DNA of 64,000 bases from Entomortierella parvispora E1425. Its lineage: Eukaryota; Fungi; Mortierellomycota. Position 1 is the first letter of the stretch. Every line of letters starts with the position of its first letter. Shown here piece after piece: positions 23,777-37,201 of this stretch. The position numbers and the translations under genes are program-made. Location of the stretch: the NCBI GenBank assembly GCA_020891255.1, contig BQFW01000008.1, forward strand, positions 682,001-746,000, in the 5' to 3' direction. The notes below the pieces were generated by a model, which saw nothing but the letters and a program-made list of their open reading frames with translations, made no database searches and was not told the origin of the DNA.

Positions 23777-24560
23777 GGTTGTAGTTGTTTGGGTGGGTGG
23801 AGGTTGCTGTTGAGGCAGATTTTGTTGCTTGGTTGTTGCTTGGTTGGTTGAGTGAGTAAAGAAAAGAGGAAGGTGGTGGCAGAGAGGGTTGTTGTATTTA
23901 TACTGCATCAGCTTCTTCTAAATCCGTCTTGGCCATGGATCCTTCCAGCAAACAGTCGAAGGCACTTTGCCTTCTTTCCAATCTTGGCATGCTTGGGTGG
24001 TTCGTGTGAATTTCACTCAACCCTAAAAAAAAACACCGACTCCGCCTGCCGATGGCCGTTGCGCGCCTCTCCAAAGTCCGCGCAGCACGGATGCCCCCGC
24101 ACCCGTCGACGTTCGTGCCCAAATCAGTCGCACAACCGACGGCCAAGAACGGGGAGATCATTTCGAGGGAAAAGGAGGAAGGAAGGGAGAATAAGCATTT
24201 CATCATTGAGAGCCACGCAGCAGAAATGAAATTCAGGCACCGATCTGACGAGAGATGACCTGTGAGGCATTTGTCATAGTCGACTCTGCTTCGATGGACT
24301 TTTCTGCTGCGACGTTCCTTGGAGAAGGAGGCGGGGTGAACATGGCCCATGCTCAAATGAGGGGTTCATCCGTGGCGCGGCAGTTCAACTTCACCAAGAA
24401 TAGTCCCGTGGATCGGGATCACACAAAAGTATAAAGACCTTCATCCCCCTCTCTGGTTTTTTTTTCTTCACTCACAACAAACATCACTCAGCAACTCCCA
24501 AACAACCAACCAACCAAGCTCTCTCAAGAACTTCCACCCAACCAACCAACAACCACGACC
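23777..24560. promoter_or_regulatory. Bidirectional spacer class L
   Basis: Near-identical to 16110-16898. Confidence 0.7.
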
Positions 24561-24749
24561 ATGTCCTTCTTCAAGTCCTCCAAGAACCAGTCTGCCTCTG
24601 CTGCTTCCACCCCAGCCCAGACTCCTCGCACCTCGGTTGATGGATCTCGCCCAGCCCAACCCACCAAGATGACCAAGGAAGACGCTATCAAGATGGCCGT
24701 GAGCAAGTCTATTGGCCCCATTGCCATGTCTGGCAACATCCACCTTTAA
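24561..24749 (+). CDS. Microprotein family, type B (62 aa)
   Basis: Family sequence. Confidence 0.85.
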   Translation: MSFFKSSKNQSASAASTPAQTPRTSVDGSRPAQPTKMTKEDAIKMAVSKSIGPIAMSGNIHL

Positions 24750-25324
24750 ATTGGATGACCAGTTGTCTCTCCCACCTTAATACTCCATATTGCATCTACC
24801 TCTTAATACCAACTGTACCATATCCTGCATCTTCAAGACCGAACAATAAAAGCGCGACTTGATCTCACAAAAACCTCTTGACTCGAATGACCAATGTGAT
24901 GTTAGAGGCCATTAGCGGGAAAACATGTCAAAGACATGCAAGTACCGCATAGAAAACAATTGCTGCTCAAGCATCATAGTGCCACTTTTGATATCTCTCA
25001 ATTGCCAATGATTAACTCGATGGTTGTGAATGTGATTACCAAGGGAAGAGATGAGGAAGACACGGATGAAGATTGCACGCAGCAATTGGATTGTGGATGT
25101 GATGTACTTGTGGAGAAAAAAATCACGGAAATGCAAAAGACTGGATGAAGGTCATATTCAAAACGAAACAGGCAGGTTTGTAGTTGGCAATGCAGAGGTG
25201 TTTTTATTCACGAAGGGCTATTGCCGATGCAAGATGATGTTGTACAAAAGTGATGGTTGGAATGCAAGCGGGTATGATTTTGGGTCTTGACGTGAGGCGA
25301 TCCTCGGAGAGAAATGAGTCCTCT

Positions 25325-25522
25325 TTACAGGCGGATATTTCCATGGAAGACAGTCGAGCTGGTGGCACCGAGAGACTTTTCCATGGCGATCTGGATTGCT
25401 TGTTCCCTGGTCATCTTGGTGGGCTGGGCTGGGCGAGCTCCATCAACTGAAGAGCGAGGGGTCTGAGCTGGAGTCGAAGCAGCAGAGGCAGACTGGTTCT
25501 TGGAAGACTTGAAGAAGGACAT
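25325..25522 (-). CDS. Microprotein family, type A (65 aa)
   Basis: Family sequence. Confidence 0.85.
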   Translation of the reverse strand: MSFFKSSKNQSASAASTPAQTPRSSVDGARPAQPTKMTREQAIQIAMEKSLGATSSTVFHGNIRL

Positions 25523-26135
25523 GGTTGTAGTTGTTTGTTTGGGTGAGTGGAAGTTGCTGTTGAGGCGAGTTGTTGTTGCTTGGTTGTTGCTTGGTTGTGT
25601 GAGTGAGGAAAAAAAAAGGAGCAGGGGGTGAGGATCTCTTTTATACGTTTTCTCTCCTCCGATCCGCAATCCCAATCTTGGCTCAATTGATGCACCGCGG
25701 CACGGATGCATCCCTGTTTGAGCAAGGGCCATGTTTTCTTCGTCTTTTCCAGGAACAATCTATCGGGTCCAAATGCCTCAACTCATCGTTTGTCAGATCG
25801 GTCCCTCAATTTTTGCTTTTCGCTTTTTGCCGCGCTGCTCTCAATGATGAAATGTTTACTCTCTTTTGTCCCTCTTGGCCGTTGCCGCAGAGGCGGAGAA
25901 AGCCAAGAAATAGAAATTCAAGGTTGGGACGCACAAGGATGCCAAGTATGGAAGTCAACATGGAAGTGCGTTTCTTCTGGAAGACCCTGGGAGATTAAGA
26001 AAGCGTGGGCCACTCGTATAAATGCAAGGACCATCCTCGCTCATCCCTCTTCTCTTCACTCAACAAGCCAGCAACCAAGCAACAACAACCCGCCTCAACA
26101 GCAACCTTCGCCCAAGCAAGCAAACAACTACAACC
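25523..26135. promoter_or_regulatory. Bidirectional spacer class S, inverted
   Basis: Homologous to 17869-18490. Confidence 0.7.
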
Positions 26136-26333
26136 ATGTCTTTCTTCAAGTCGTCCAAGAACCAGTCTGCCTCTGCTGCCTCTACGCCAGCTCAGACTCC
26201 TCGCTCTTCAGTTGATGGAGCTCGCCCAGCTCAGGCCACCAAGATGAGCAAGGAGGAAGCAATCCAGATGGCCTTGAACAAGTCACTCGGCGGAAATTCC
26301 TCGCCTGTCTTCCATGGCAACATTCGCCTTTAA
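26136..26333 (+). CDS. Microprotein family, type D (65 aa, ends GGNSSPVFHGNIRL)
   Basis: Family N-terminus with a distinct C-terminal half. Confidence 0.85.
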   Translation: MSFFKSSKNQSASAASTPAQTPRSSVDGARPAQATKMSKEEAIQMALNKSLGGNSSPVFHGNIRL

Positions 26334-26656
26334 GCCCACCTACCATGAGCCCCATTGCTCAAACATATACCTTTCCTACACTCTAATGCATGTACAATAA
26401 TCGGAATAAAAAGAAAGAACTCCTGTCTTGCCATCAAACCCTCGATTCTCATGATGCAATTGTAATTCACAACGTAGGAGGGGTTGACAACTCTGCTTGA
26501 AAAAATGGATCAAATGGCAGTTGGTGAATGGATCTTTGGTGTTAAAATAATACTACAACAAAAAGATATATTTTACATGCGATGCGTCAAGAGAGTGAGC
26601 GTCATGCTGGCAATGAAAGAACTGATGGTATCTCGTTAATCTATTTTTCCTTCCAT

Positions 26657-29418
26657 TTACTCCTTGGATCGGGCAGCCGCCTCTGCTGCAGTCTTTGCGT
26701 TGTCCTCCTCAATGAACCTCCTCTCCTCTTCCGATAGCTCAAATGGCACCGCGGATGTCCGGTGGATCTCAGAGATAGGGTAGATCACTGGAGAATCAGC
26801 GGTAATGGATCCTTCGTCCAACACAGAAGATTCTTGCACAGAGTTATCCGAACTCTCGCTCTCCTCCAATGCTGATCTCAAGTGACTATAACCTAGGTCG
26901 GTGGCTGGTCCTCGAGTAGTAGGCTGCCGCTCTTCTTGCTGTAGGGTGGTTGCTGCTTGTGGGTACATGCTCCGACTTGTGTCCCATACTTGCGCCTCTC
27001 GGAGTCTTCGTGTTGTTTGCAGAGCATTGATTCCCTTCATCAGCTCAACTAACAATTCGGCGTGTTTCCTGCGCTGGGGTTCACGAAGGCAAAGTGTTCG
27101 GGCTTTGGCCGCCTTCATCTTCCTGGCCAGATCGCCCTCCATGACAGGTCTAGTCGCGCGCTGTTTGGCCAGAGGTGTTGAGTCTTCAGAGTCGATGTGT
27201 GTTTTTTCAAATTGTTGTGTGATGGTGTCCATGGGGGTGGATTCCGCAGAGTCCTTCCTTGTGGCTTCTGCAACCGCTGCCTCCGCAACCGCTGCCTCTG
27301 CAACCGCCGCCTGACTAGCTCGTGCTCGTCGAATATAGCCCTCGAACTTGGACGCAGATCCTGGACTCGTAGAGGGTGACGCTGTGGCGCTACCGTCATC
27401 AGACTCCTGTTCGCTGGAAAGTTCCTTTGTTTGACCTTGCTTCTTGTCATGAACCGCCACATCAGTTCCTTCGTCAATGGAAAGAGGCGTTTTTGGAACG
27501 TCAGGTGCCGCATCCAAGATCGTTTGTGCATCGGCGGGCGACCTTGATTTCACCTCGACCTTCTTCCTCTGCTTCTGCGGCATCTGCATCAACATCATGC
27601 CAAAAGGCGCATGACTGACCCTTTCTGCGAGTCTTCGCCTTTCTTCGTTTTGTCGCGTCAAGTTGTTCATACTGGTATATGTCCTCGTTTCCGGTGTCGA
27701 CACCGTGGGGAACATGGGCTCCTCCTCGACTTCTTGCTTGATTTCGGGTTTATGCAGTAGCGGAAGTGATACACAGTAAGGATTGTTGAAGCGACTAGAG
27801 AGCATGGCGTTTCTAACAGGAGATGGTCTCCTGACACTGGGTGTCGGTGTCGTAGTGGGCTGATCATCCGAGACATCCCATGGAGATGACTCTGATCCAA
27901 ATGCTGGTGACAGGAGGTATGCATCCTCTGGAAGATCGCCGAAAATGGAAACACCACTTGGTGTCAATGGTCCAGCACTGAACACGTCAGGGGTATCACC
28001 ATAGCCAGTAAACGTCGAGTCCATGGGCTCCAGTTTCGGTCCCTCCAAAAGTTCGGGAAAGAGAGAAGTGTCGAATGCATGGGGCTCAAACACCTCACCG
28101 CTGACATCCTCCAGCAGAGTCGCACAAAATTGATTGAGTTCATTCACTTGATCCCAGTCCTTCATGTCCTGGAATGCGTCCAAGATACTGCTCGTTTTTG
28201 AAGTCTCCTGGTCCAATAACGAGGAAAGTGAGTCCAAGTGGTCCATGATTTCTATAAAAGAGTTGTTGTCATTAATAAAACGGCATGGTCGTAATGGCTT
28301 CTCTATGGTCGAGGATGGAAGAGTGAACGCACCTTTGTTATAGGAGGGTTCGAGTCGTTTCCTTTTGGCCTCGATTGCAAAAAGTTCCAAACTATCTGCT
28401 AGAGCCATGTCAGAGTCGTCGCGCGACCTCTTGGAGGTGATCGGTGACATGAGCTCCTCATATCCATTCAGTGTAAAGTCTCCATAGTATGCTCCAGGAG
28501 TGTTGAAAGTTGGGTTCATCAGCTCCAGTTCCAGATCCTGTGCATTTGGCGAGCTGAAGAGATCCGAGCTGGTGGAGTAGGACGGTGATGCTATGCAATG
28601 CACGAGTAGACGAGGACATGTTAGCAACACGGACAGTGAACGAGACAGGTTGATTCGTGGCATATGCTCATACAAAGACCAGGGTTCCATGACTCTGCGG
28701 TATCTGCGGGAGACAAGGGCATAGTGTATGGTGATAACGAGGCTCTTGGGATCGATGGTGAATGGTCGAGCGTTGTTGGTGGCGTCAAAGGGATGGTGGG
28801 ACAATCATTGGGCTGTAGCAGCTTGACAGGCACGGCTGTTGCTGCTGTGACCTTTTTTGCTTTTTTTCCATGTGGCACAGCAGCAGGGCGAGGGTCGCTG
28901 TCGTCAGTGTCTTCGTCTGGGTCGTGCGTCTTTACATGTTTTCTCAAGTCCTGGGGTCGCTTGAAGGATTTCCCGCAGGTCTATGACGAGCGCAAAAGAG
29001 GACAGAAAGACAGAAGGGCAAACTGAGTGAGTCTCGACGTCATAATGAACATATTACAGACGGGCTGTGGGCAGTAGGAGAACAGTACCTCGCACCGGTG
29101 TGGTTTCAATGAGACGTGGACGCGGAGATGCGAGGTGATATGATCTCTCTTTGTGAATGTGGGTGCCGTGCAGTTCTCCCAGTGGCAGGTCAGGCAGAGG
29201 TTGTGCTTGGCCTTGCGTCCAACGTGGTCGTCCCGGAGGTGAGAGTAGAGCAGCTCGGCATCGTCAAACTTTTGCTGACATGCCTCCCATTGGCAGATGT
29301 AGCTGTCCGAGAAGACGAATGTCGGGGTTGATGGAGTTGGCGAGGGCGAGTCGGCGTCAGTCTTCACGGTGGCCTCGTCCACGGTGACTGTTGGGGTCGA
29401 AAGGCTGTCAGAAGCCAT
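26657..29418 (-). CDS. pacC: PacC/Rim101-family C2H2 zinc-finger transcription factor (~856 aa, 3 exons)
   Basis: Exons 29418-29089, 28980-28674, 28590-26657 in phase. Diagnostic fingers [69 protein letters not shown]. Confidence 0.88.
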
Positions 29419-30209
29419 GCTACGAGACGAGACGTAAGGGGTGTTGGGGTCTAGTGCTTGGACGCAGGTGCTACCAAGGCTTGCCGTTGCGCGCGCGAGA
29501 TGCGGAGATAGAGGGAGAAGAGGGAGAAGAGAGAGAGGAGAGTGCCACGTTGACGAGAAGAATGAAATGAGTGACGACGAGGAAGGTGAACAGAGAAGAT
29601 GCGGGTGGATAGATGAAAGAGAGAGAAAGAGAGAGAAAGAGAGAGGACGAGAGGCGACAAAGGTCTTTAAGAGAACAAGAGAACAAGAGAACAATGAGAA
29701 CGACGAGAAGGAGAAGGGGTCGAGAAGGGGAGCGAGTGACTGTGTGTCTCGACGGTTCCTTCATTCATTGCCTTTTCGAGGCTGCACTTGGCCGCAGCCG
29801 TGTAGCCGTGTGGGTGGGTGGACGAGAAGAGGTCTTGGCGTTTCGCAATTCCGTCTCGTCTTTGTCTACTTTGAACCCCGGTGGTGGCTGTAGTTCGGTC
29901 GTGTGTGGTGTATGTATGCATGTATGTATGAATAGGAGAGAGATGGCTGTTTGTGCTGCCACGTTGCTGTGCCCGTCTGTCTCTCCGTCTGTGTTTCTGC
30001 TTCTCGCTCACTCTCGCTCACTCTCGCAAAGGATATAGGCTTCATAGGCTACATACATGCAGTCTACCAAGGTGCTGTGCCCGTGGGAAGAAGGGACTGG
30101 CTGCAGACAGGTGAGCCCACAGGGGACGATTCTCCCGTCACTTTGCTTCTTCACATGCTGATCGCATGCAATCTCTGCGATATCCTTTTTTTTTTTTGCT
30201 CCGTGTGTA

Positions 30210-30240
<31 letters not shown>

Positions 30241-30501
30241 TCCTCCCCAACGCGTGTCTATGTGTCTGTCTTGCGCATATGCCAATCTCTTCTCTCTTCT
30301 CTCTCTTCCTCTCCACTCCCCCCCAATGTCTCCATTCTTCCTCTCTTGATGCTGCCCCACCTCGACCCCATCCTGCCACCCTTCCATTACCTGCATTATT
30401 AGCTCTTCTCATTCACTCCCCTCCTCTCTTTATATACAACCCCGAAACTCACGCCGAACGACACCCTTTGAACCTCGCTCGAAAAGGCACCTCATTCCAG
30501 C

Positions 30502-33500
30502 ATGAGCAACCGACATTCACCCGTCATCACCCCAGTCATGGACGAGGACTTTGACCTTTCCATCTCTGAAACCAACTTGCCCTTTCCTTACTCGGACCAC
30601 TGCAGCACCGGACCTCCTAGCCTGTACGACTTTGATCAAGACGACGAAGAGTCCTATGAAGACGAGAACGAGGATGTGGCGGATGAAGAAACGGGTGAGA
30701 ACGACGAAGGCACTTCCCGGGGAACCCTTCACAAAGAGGTGCTGGTGGAGGAGGAAGAGGACCAGCATGGGATCACGGAGGGACAGTCGTCACTCCGTGA
30801 TCGACGAGAACGACGAGCCTCCAACAGCCTTCCTGATCAACTCCACAAGCAGCTAAACCTCCTGAACACCTACCCCAGCGAGCCAACGACTATCCTCCGC
30901 GATGATTCTTCCACGTCCCTCAATGCTCCACGACCGCGCCTCGCCCGCCACTCTTTTTCGTTCGATTCCAGCGGTGAATGGCACGATGACGAAGAAGAGG
31001 GCGATGTATCCACAAACGGCCCGACTCCCCACAAAGAGCCAGAACAGCCAGAAGAGAGAGGATTACTCCATACAGTCACCTCGACATGTGCCTCTGTTGC
31101 TTACGCAGTGGGAAAGCATTGGTCCAAGGTAGATATTGTGCTCTGTGAGGCGCCCGGACTACAACCGGATCGACTAAAAGCACGCGTTCTCTCTCTCCAC
31201 TGTTAGAAAATCTACGAGTCCCTCCTCCGATCGAGAGATCCCAAAGCCTATTATACCCATCTCTTGAGTGCCGCCACCAACTATGAACAGTGGGCAGAGG
31301 CCGCAAAAGTCCTTGATCAACTGCAGGGCAAAGACAAGTGGAAGGACGACCCGCGCTCACCCCATTATGACTATGAATTGCTGCAGGAACGCCTCTCACA
31401 ATTAGCAGCCGCAAGAGAGTCAGGAGATGTAGCTCTGATGATCTTCTTGCTCCGCACCTCACTCTCTCGAAATCTCGGAAATGTTGGCCGTGCGCAGGTA
31501 AAAGTCCACTTCTTTCACGATTCCAGTGTATAGATGATCATGCAAACATTCAAACCGACGCTCCTGTTCAATGCTCTAGCTCTATGCCAACACAATCATT
31601 GGCACCAAGCGTTTAATCGAAAACTACAACTCAGAGGTCATTCGTCAGCTCAACATGATCTGTGACTCTGAAAGTGATGACTTTCCTATGGCTGCAAAGC
31701 TCGAGTTTTTCACCCATACCCGACAAGCGTTTGGAAGAACAGCCCTCTTGCTCAGTGGAGGCGCTACGATGGGTACGTCGATGAGATGTATGTAGAAGTG
31801 CATGTGGAAGTGCGTGCACAGTGAACTGACATTGGGTTATTGACGATCCAATCTAGGACTTATCCATATTGGAGTGATCAAGACCTTGCACGAGAACAAG
31901 TTGCTTCCACGAATTATCTCGGGATCGTCTTGTGGATCCATCATCGCTGCCCTCCTTTGCACCAGGACTGACGACGAGATCCCCTCGATGCTTCACTTCG
32001 ACAAGTTCAATTATGTAAGGACATAGCAGACATAGGCACAATGGCACCGCCAAAAGTGGGTTGACTTACCCTGCCACCTCTATTTTAGACAGTATTTCAT
32101 ACAGAAGAGGAGAAGGGCGATATCATGGCTCGTATCTTGCACTTTCTCAAGAATGGTAAGGAGCTGAAATCGAATGTCCGCGGTCGCTTTGCTTCCGAAA
32201 AGAATGTCGTCGAATTAACTCTTTCCGCCGGAAATAACAGGTGCCTTGTTCGATAATCAGGTGTTGAGGGTGGCTCTGAGAGAAAACATTGGCGATGTCA
32301 CCTTCCAGGAGGCCTATAACCGCACAAGGCGCATCCTGAATATCACTGTCAGTACATCGGGAATGTTTGAGATGCCTCGGCTCCTCAACTACCTTACTGC
32401 ACCGAACGTGCTTGTGTGGTCAGCAGTGTAAGCTTTTGCAACTTGTGATGTTTGAGGAATACTGCACCTGACTTCTATCTAATACGGCCTTTAACAACAC
32501 GGAACAGAACAACGTCCTGCGCAGCCCCGTTTGTGTACAATTCTTCTCCTCTCATGGCCAAGGATAAGAATGGCGATGTTGTCGAGTGGAATCCTTCTCG
32601 TATGTATTTGAATATTCGAAATTTGGTGGCAAACCGGACCATGACTTGTCCTGGACTAACATCCAAGCGGAACCGTTTCTTTATCACAGGGTATCATTGG
32701 ATTGACGGCTCCGTTGAAAAGTAAGAAACAAAACCAAGGCCTCTATACCCTCTACCCTCTATTCCTCATACAACTTACCAATATTGCTTGCCTTTCATCG
32801 ATCTTCTTTTAGTGATCTTCCGATGAACAAACTTTCCGAACTTTTCAATGTGAATCACTTCATTGTGTGCCAGGTCAACCCATATATTGTTCCGTTCCTC
32901 CAAAACTCCTTGGCCCGCTCTCCCACAAACCGAGTCCTGGGCTGGTTACTTTATCAGGCACGGTCGGAATTACAGCACCGAATGAACCAGGTAACGAAAA
33001 CTGAGTCTGAAATGGGTGGCCATTTGTTATTAAGGTGAAGCGTGAAGCAGGGTGCTTACCAAGAGCCATATCTCGCATGATGTAGATGACCATGCTCGGG
33101 ATCATGCCTGGATTGATTCAAAAAACGCAGGCAATCATGTCGCAGAGATACTACGGGGACATCACCATCGTGCCTAATCTTGGAGTGGACGATTATCTCA
33201 ACATTGTCTCGAATCCCACCGTTGACTTTTTGGTCGATGCTACTCTGAAAGGAGAAAGAGCTACCTGGCCCAGTAAGTCTCGATTTGTTTATGGATATCA
33301 AACACGATAAGATGAGGTAGGATCCTAGACACTGACTGGCTTCACATTGAATATGTAGAAATATCCATCATCAAGAACCATTGCAGCATCGAGCACTGTA
33401 TTGATGATATCCTCTATCGTCTCCGTCTTCGACGACTGGAGGCTTACCGTGCTTACCCGCCTGTGAACATCACCGTTCCAAAGGCGACAGACAATGTTAC

Positions 33501-34302
33501 AAAGACGAACGGCCATGTGGATCAGAGCGCAGCCAATAGTAGTCTGAGGAACTCAATGTCTGTCTGCTTCGGAACTATTGGGCGATCAAGCTCCTCGCCT
33601 GCATCTCCAACTACCTCAGCTGCACTGGGCATGACACGAGCGATCCCTTCGCCTGACCATTTGAACTTGGACGAGTCGACCAAAAACTTTGGCACTAACG
33701 AGGACAGCAGACCCCCCAAGGCAACAAGTCATCAGGATAGGGGCAACCTTCACTTGGAACTTCCCGATTGCTCAGCCGCATCTGCACAATCCAGTAATCC
33801 TCCTTCCCGAAGAAGTTTGAGTGAGGCCAAGCTTCCTGGATCTGGTTCTTCGACTGTAGCGACTCAGAGACGTCACAGCATTCCTAGCAAGCCACAACCT
33901 CAGATGTCGCCCTCTACAATGATTACAGAAGATCGATCTGGATCTGTCTCGTCGACTTCATCCCCGTCAAGTTCGACCTCTACCACCAGCACCTCGGTTT
34001 CTTCGGTGTTTGTTCAGTCGCCCGTGCTTGAGGAGTCGGACTTATTCCAAGGTCAAGGAAAGTCACCTTACTTGCCATCGCCTTCCTTTACTGCCCTTTC
34101 AGCAGCCAGCTCTCCTGTCCCTTCTGTCGTTCACACCAAGAGCTCCGTTCGCAGTTCAAGGAAGACATCGACATCGTCGTCCTCCTTGCCAGGCTCGGTT
34201 GCTAATGGAGCCGGGTCGTCTTCTTCTTCTTCTTCCTCGGCTAGTTCGGGAGGAACCCGTAGCAAGCGGACCAGAAGAATTCAAATGACAAGCTTGGAAT
34301 GA
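30502..34302 (+). CDS. Patatin-domain triacylglycerol lipase (Tgl3/Tgl4/SDP1-like), multi-exon
   Basis: WAEAA..LDQLQG..KWK N-terminal region, RTALLLSGGATMG, nucleophile motif ISGSSCGS, WIDGSVE, LFNVNHFIVCQVNP, and YYGDITIVP. Confidence 0.9.
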
Positions 34303-34435
34303 AAATAAAAAAAAAGATTCTTGCGATGATTTATTTACAAATGGTATGAAAAATGCTGGATTGAGGTTGGGTATTATTGTGTGTGTGTGTGTGTAGGTTC
34401 GTTCATTTGGTAGAGCGTTCCCTTGGAGGGGGTGC

Positions 34436-34714
34436 TCAGCGCATCCTGGCTACAGTCATGGCCTGCATGTGTCCAACAGTATTCCGCAGGAGGGCGACGT
34501 CCAGGGCGTGATCGTGCGAGATGCTGTTCTTGTAACTGATGGTTGTGAGATCCAAGGCAAGATCTGGAGACAACTGGACCGATGATCTGGGTGTGCTAGG
34601 GGCCGAATGGGCCTTGTTCTGATTCTTCTTTCCGACGGAGGGCGAGGGCGATGGCGATGGCGACGGCGAGGGCGACGACGACAAGTAAGAGGTGACGTTT
34701 TTGAAGAGGGGCAT
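34436..34714 (-). CDS. Microprotein family, divergent member (92 aa, MPLFK...(SP)n...SAPSTPRSSV...ISHDHALDVALL)
   Basis: Shares MxxFK, TPRSS and the helical segment with the 13370 member; head-to-head with 37202. Confidence 0.6.
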   Translation of the reverse strand: MPLFKNVTSYLSSSPSPSPSPSPSPSVGKKNQNKAHSAPSTPRSSVQLSPDLALDLTTISYKNSISHDHALDVALLRNTVGHMQAMTVARMR

Positions 34715-35557
34715 TGCTCTGGTTTTTTTTCTTTCTTTTCTTTCTTGTCACTGATATCGTTCAGCAGCGTGGTGATGAACAGTTGGAATGAAAAGATGGT
34801 GGGACGAGCTCAAATCTCCTTTTCGGTGGTGGGAGAGAGGAGAAAGGCGCAAGTTGAAAAATGAAGAAGTTGCTCGGAAAAGACGAGGGAGAAAAACGAA
34901 GAACGTGGGAAAATCGTATTTTTAGTGATCAGGTATCAGGGAGAGACAAACTGACGGCACCTGGTCAGTGCGGCGATTAGAGTTGTTCTCCTTGATTGGG
35001 TATCTGGGATTGGACCAGCGTGTCAGAAACAAAGGGTGACCAGATCAGGGGCCAGGACCAAGGGTCAGGGTCAACGGTCAGGGAACCGGAGTGTTTTCGT
35101 GCACAGCAGTCTGTTGAAGCATGTGAAGGATTGTCTGTTATCGAAGAAAAAGAACGCACTCAAATGCGAAACCCGTGGACGAACGGATTCAGACTTGAGA
35201 AAGGAACCTGGACGGAACAAGAAAAAAAAAACAAAAGGCCCCCAGTAGATCCCGCCGCCGATCTCGGGAATCCCACAAGGATTTTCTTTTTACAAAATTT
35301 TTTCAAGTCGGAGATGACATGTTTCACGCTTGAAAGGTTTTTCATGTCGTCGATCACATCCTCAACGGTAGAAGCTCATGAAAGAGAAACCCTTATTGTT
35401 CCTGTGTGTCGACAGATGGACCCTGCGTTGGCCGCTTGAAGGCTAGAGACTTTCTGGTCTGTGGAATGTTACTCAATTGATAGTTTGTGTCCGCCAGAAA
35501 AAAAAAAAGGAGAGTGAGGACCCTTTTTTTCATTTTTCTCTTTTTCCCCCTGTTCTT

Positions 35558-36170
35558 ATAGTTGGACTAGTAGAGCGACCGTCGATAAACTGGGCACAAA
35601 CCGGTTGCAACCAGTTGTCAAGCAGAGTACAAACTAGTCGAACTACTAGTTGCTCACAGATTTATTTCACAACTAGTCGCCGCCAGTTGGCAAGCTGGGA
35701 AGAAACTGGTTGTTACTAGTTGCTACTAGCCGAGACTGGTGGGCAGACTGCAGGTTCGTGCCGTAGAATGTGTCACAAGCTACAAGTTGATAAAACTGGG
35801 GACAACTGGTTGCAACCAGTTGTCAAGCAGAGTATAAACTAGTCGCGACCAGTCGAAATGATCGATTGCTCACAGATTTTACTAGTCGCTACCAGTTGTC
35901 CCCAGTTTTATCAACTAGTAGCTTGCGACACATTCTGTGGCGCAGACATGCAGTTTGCCCACCAGTCTCGGCTAGTAGCTACTAGTAACAACCAGTTTCT
36001 TTCCAGCTCGCCAACTGGTAGCGACCAGTTGTTCTATGACCGGGAGGAGATAAATCTGTGAGCAATTGAGCAGTTCGACTGGTCGCGACTAGTTTGTGCT
36101 CAGCTTGGCAACTGGTTGCAACCGATCTGTGCTCAGTTTATCGACCGGTCGCTCAACTGGTCCGACTATG
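35558..36170. mobile_element. Non-coding foldback / MITE-like element (~610 bp imperfect palindrome)
   Basis: Outer arms (GTTGGACTAGTAGAGCGACC..GTCGATAAACTG vs CAGTTTATCGACCGGTCGCTCAACTGGTCCGAC) and inner arms (~35700-35815 vs ~35890-36015) are reverse complements. Rich in ACTAGT/ACCAGT units; TA at both ends. Confidence 0.65.
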
Positions 36171-37201
36171 TAATGGGTTATAGGGGCACAAAGCATGTTG
36201 GAGGGGTGCGGAGCAAATGTTTCCTCCCTTTCCATTACTTGAGCTTACGGCCCATACAGTCAATGGAAGCGGTTGTAAGGGAGAATTCGGGGACATTTTC
36301 GGAACTTTTTTTTTTTTTTTTTTTTCAGATCTCGAAGAGGTGCAGTGACATGTTCCTCCTCTATCCTTCGCATGTGTCAAAGGAAAAGGATTGCCCTTTC
36401 CTTTCGCCCAATAAGGGAGGGATATTACCTAGCTTCCATGCAACGACGATCCTAAATTGAGAAGAGATGGTGGCGTCTGGAGTCAATTTTTCTAGTTTTT
36501 TTTTGTTCCCTCAGCTCCAATGAGTCCATCTACAACAACTCGTACCTCTTTGATGTTCCTGTTTGCTATTTGTCTCAAACGTGGCGACCCGATTTGCGAA
36601 CTCAACATGCATGGACCCTCGATGACGATACTTTCTCGGTAAACACAAAAAGCAAAAACAAATTGTAAAAAAAAAAAAGGGCTGCGGTTCAGCTGCGGCA
36701 GCTCCTAAATACACATGCAGCACACGAAAACGCCAGTTTAACCCTATCCCTTCCTTTTCTGACTCCTGTGGATCAAGGTTCATTCCGTGCAACCCCCTCG
36801 TTTGTGTGTGCTGACAACAACACAGGCTCAATTGCTCCACCCTTTTTTGCAGTGTGTGCAGATCCCGAATCTAGGCCAAAAAAAACCCCAGGGTTCCAGT
36901 GATGCTTGCTGCAATTGGGAAACAGATCCAAGTTTCCTCCCCTTCCTTCTTGGGGTAAGAACTCGAGACGGAGATCCTCTCGTGCGCCAGGGAAACAACA
37001 TTGATGCCTTGGCCAAAGAAAACACAAAGAATAACAAAAGATCACTGTCAATTGACAGACCTTTGCCTATATAAACTCCTATCCCGGCCCCTCTCTGCAT
37101 CATCAACTCTCACAGACTTTACTCTTCCTCTTCCTCCAGTTCCTTAAGAAGAACGCTCGACTCAAAACACAATACCCTCCTGTCATTCTCTCTCCACAGA
37201 A

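Noticed and set aside
26657-28804. Stand-alone 715-aa gene
   Set aside because: It is exon 3 of the PacC gene (GTATGA donor, GCTAAC branch, CATAG acceptor, in phase).
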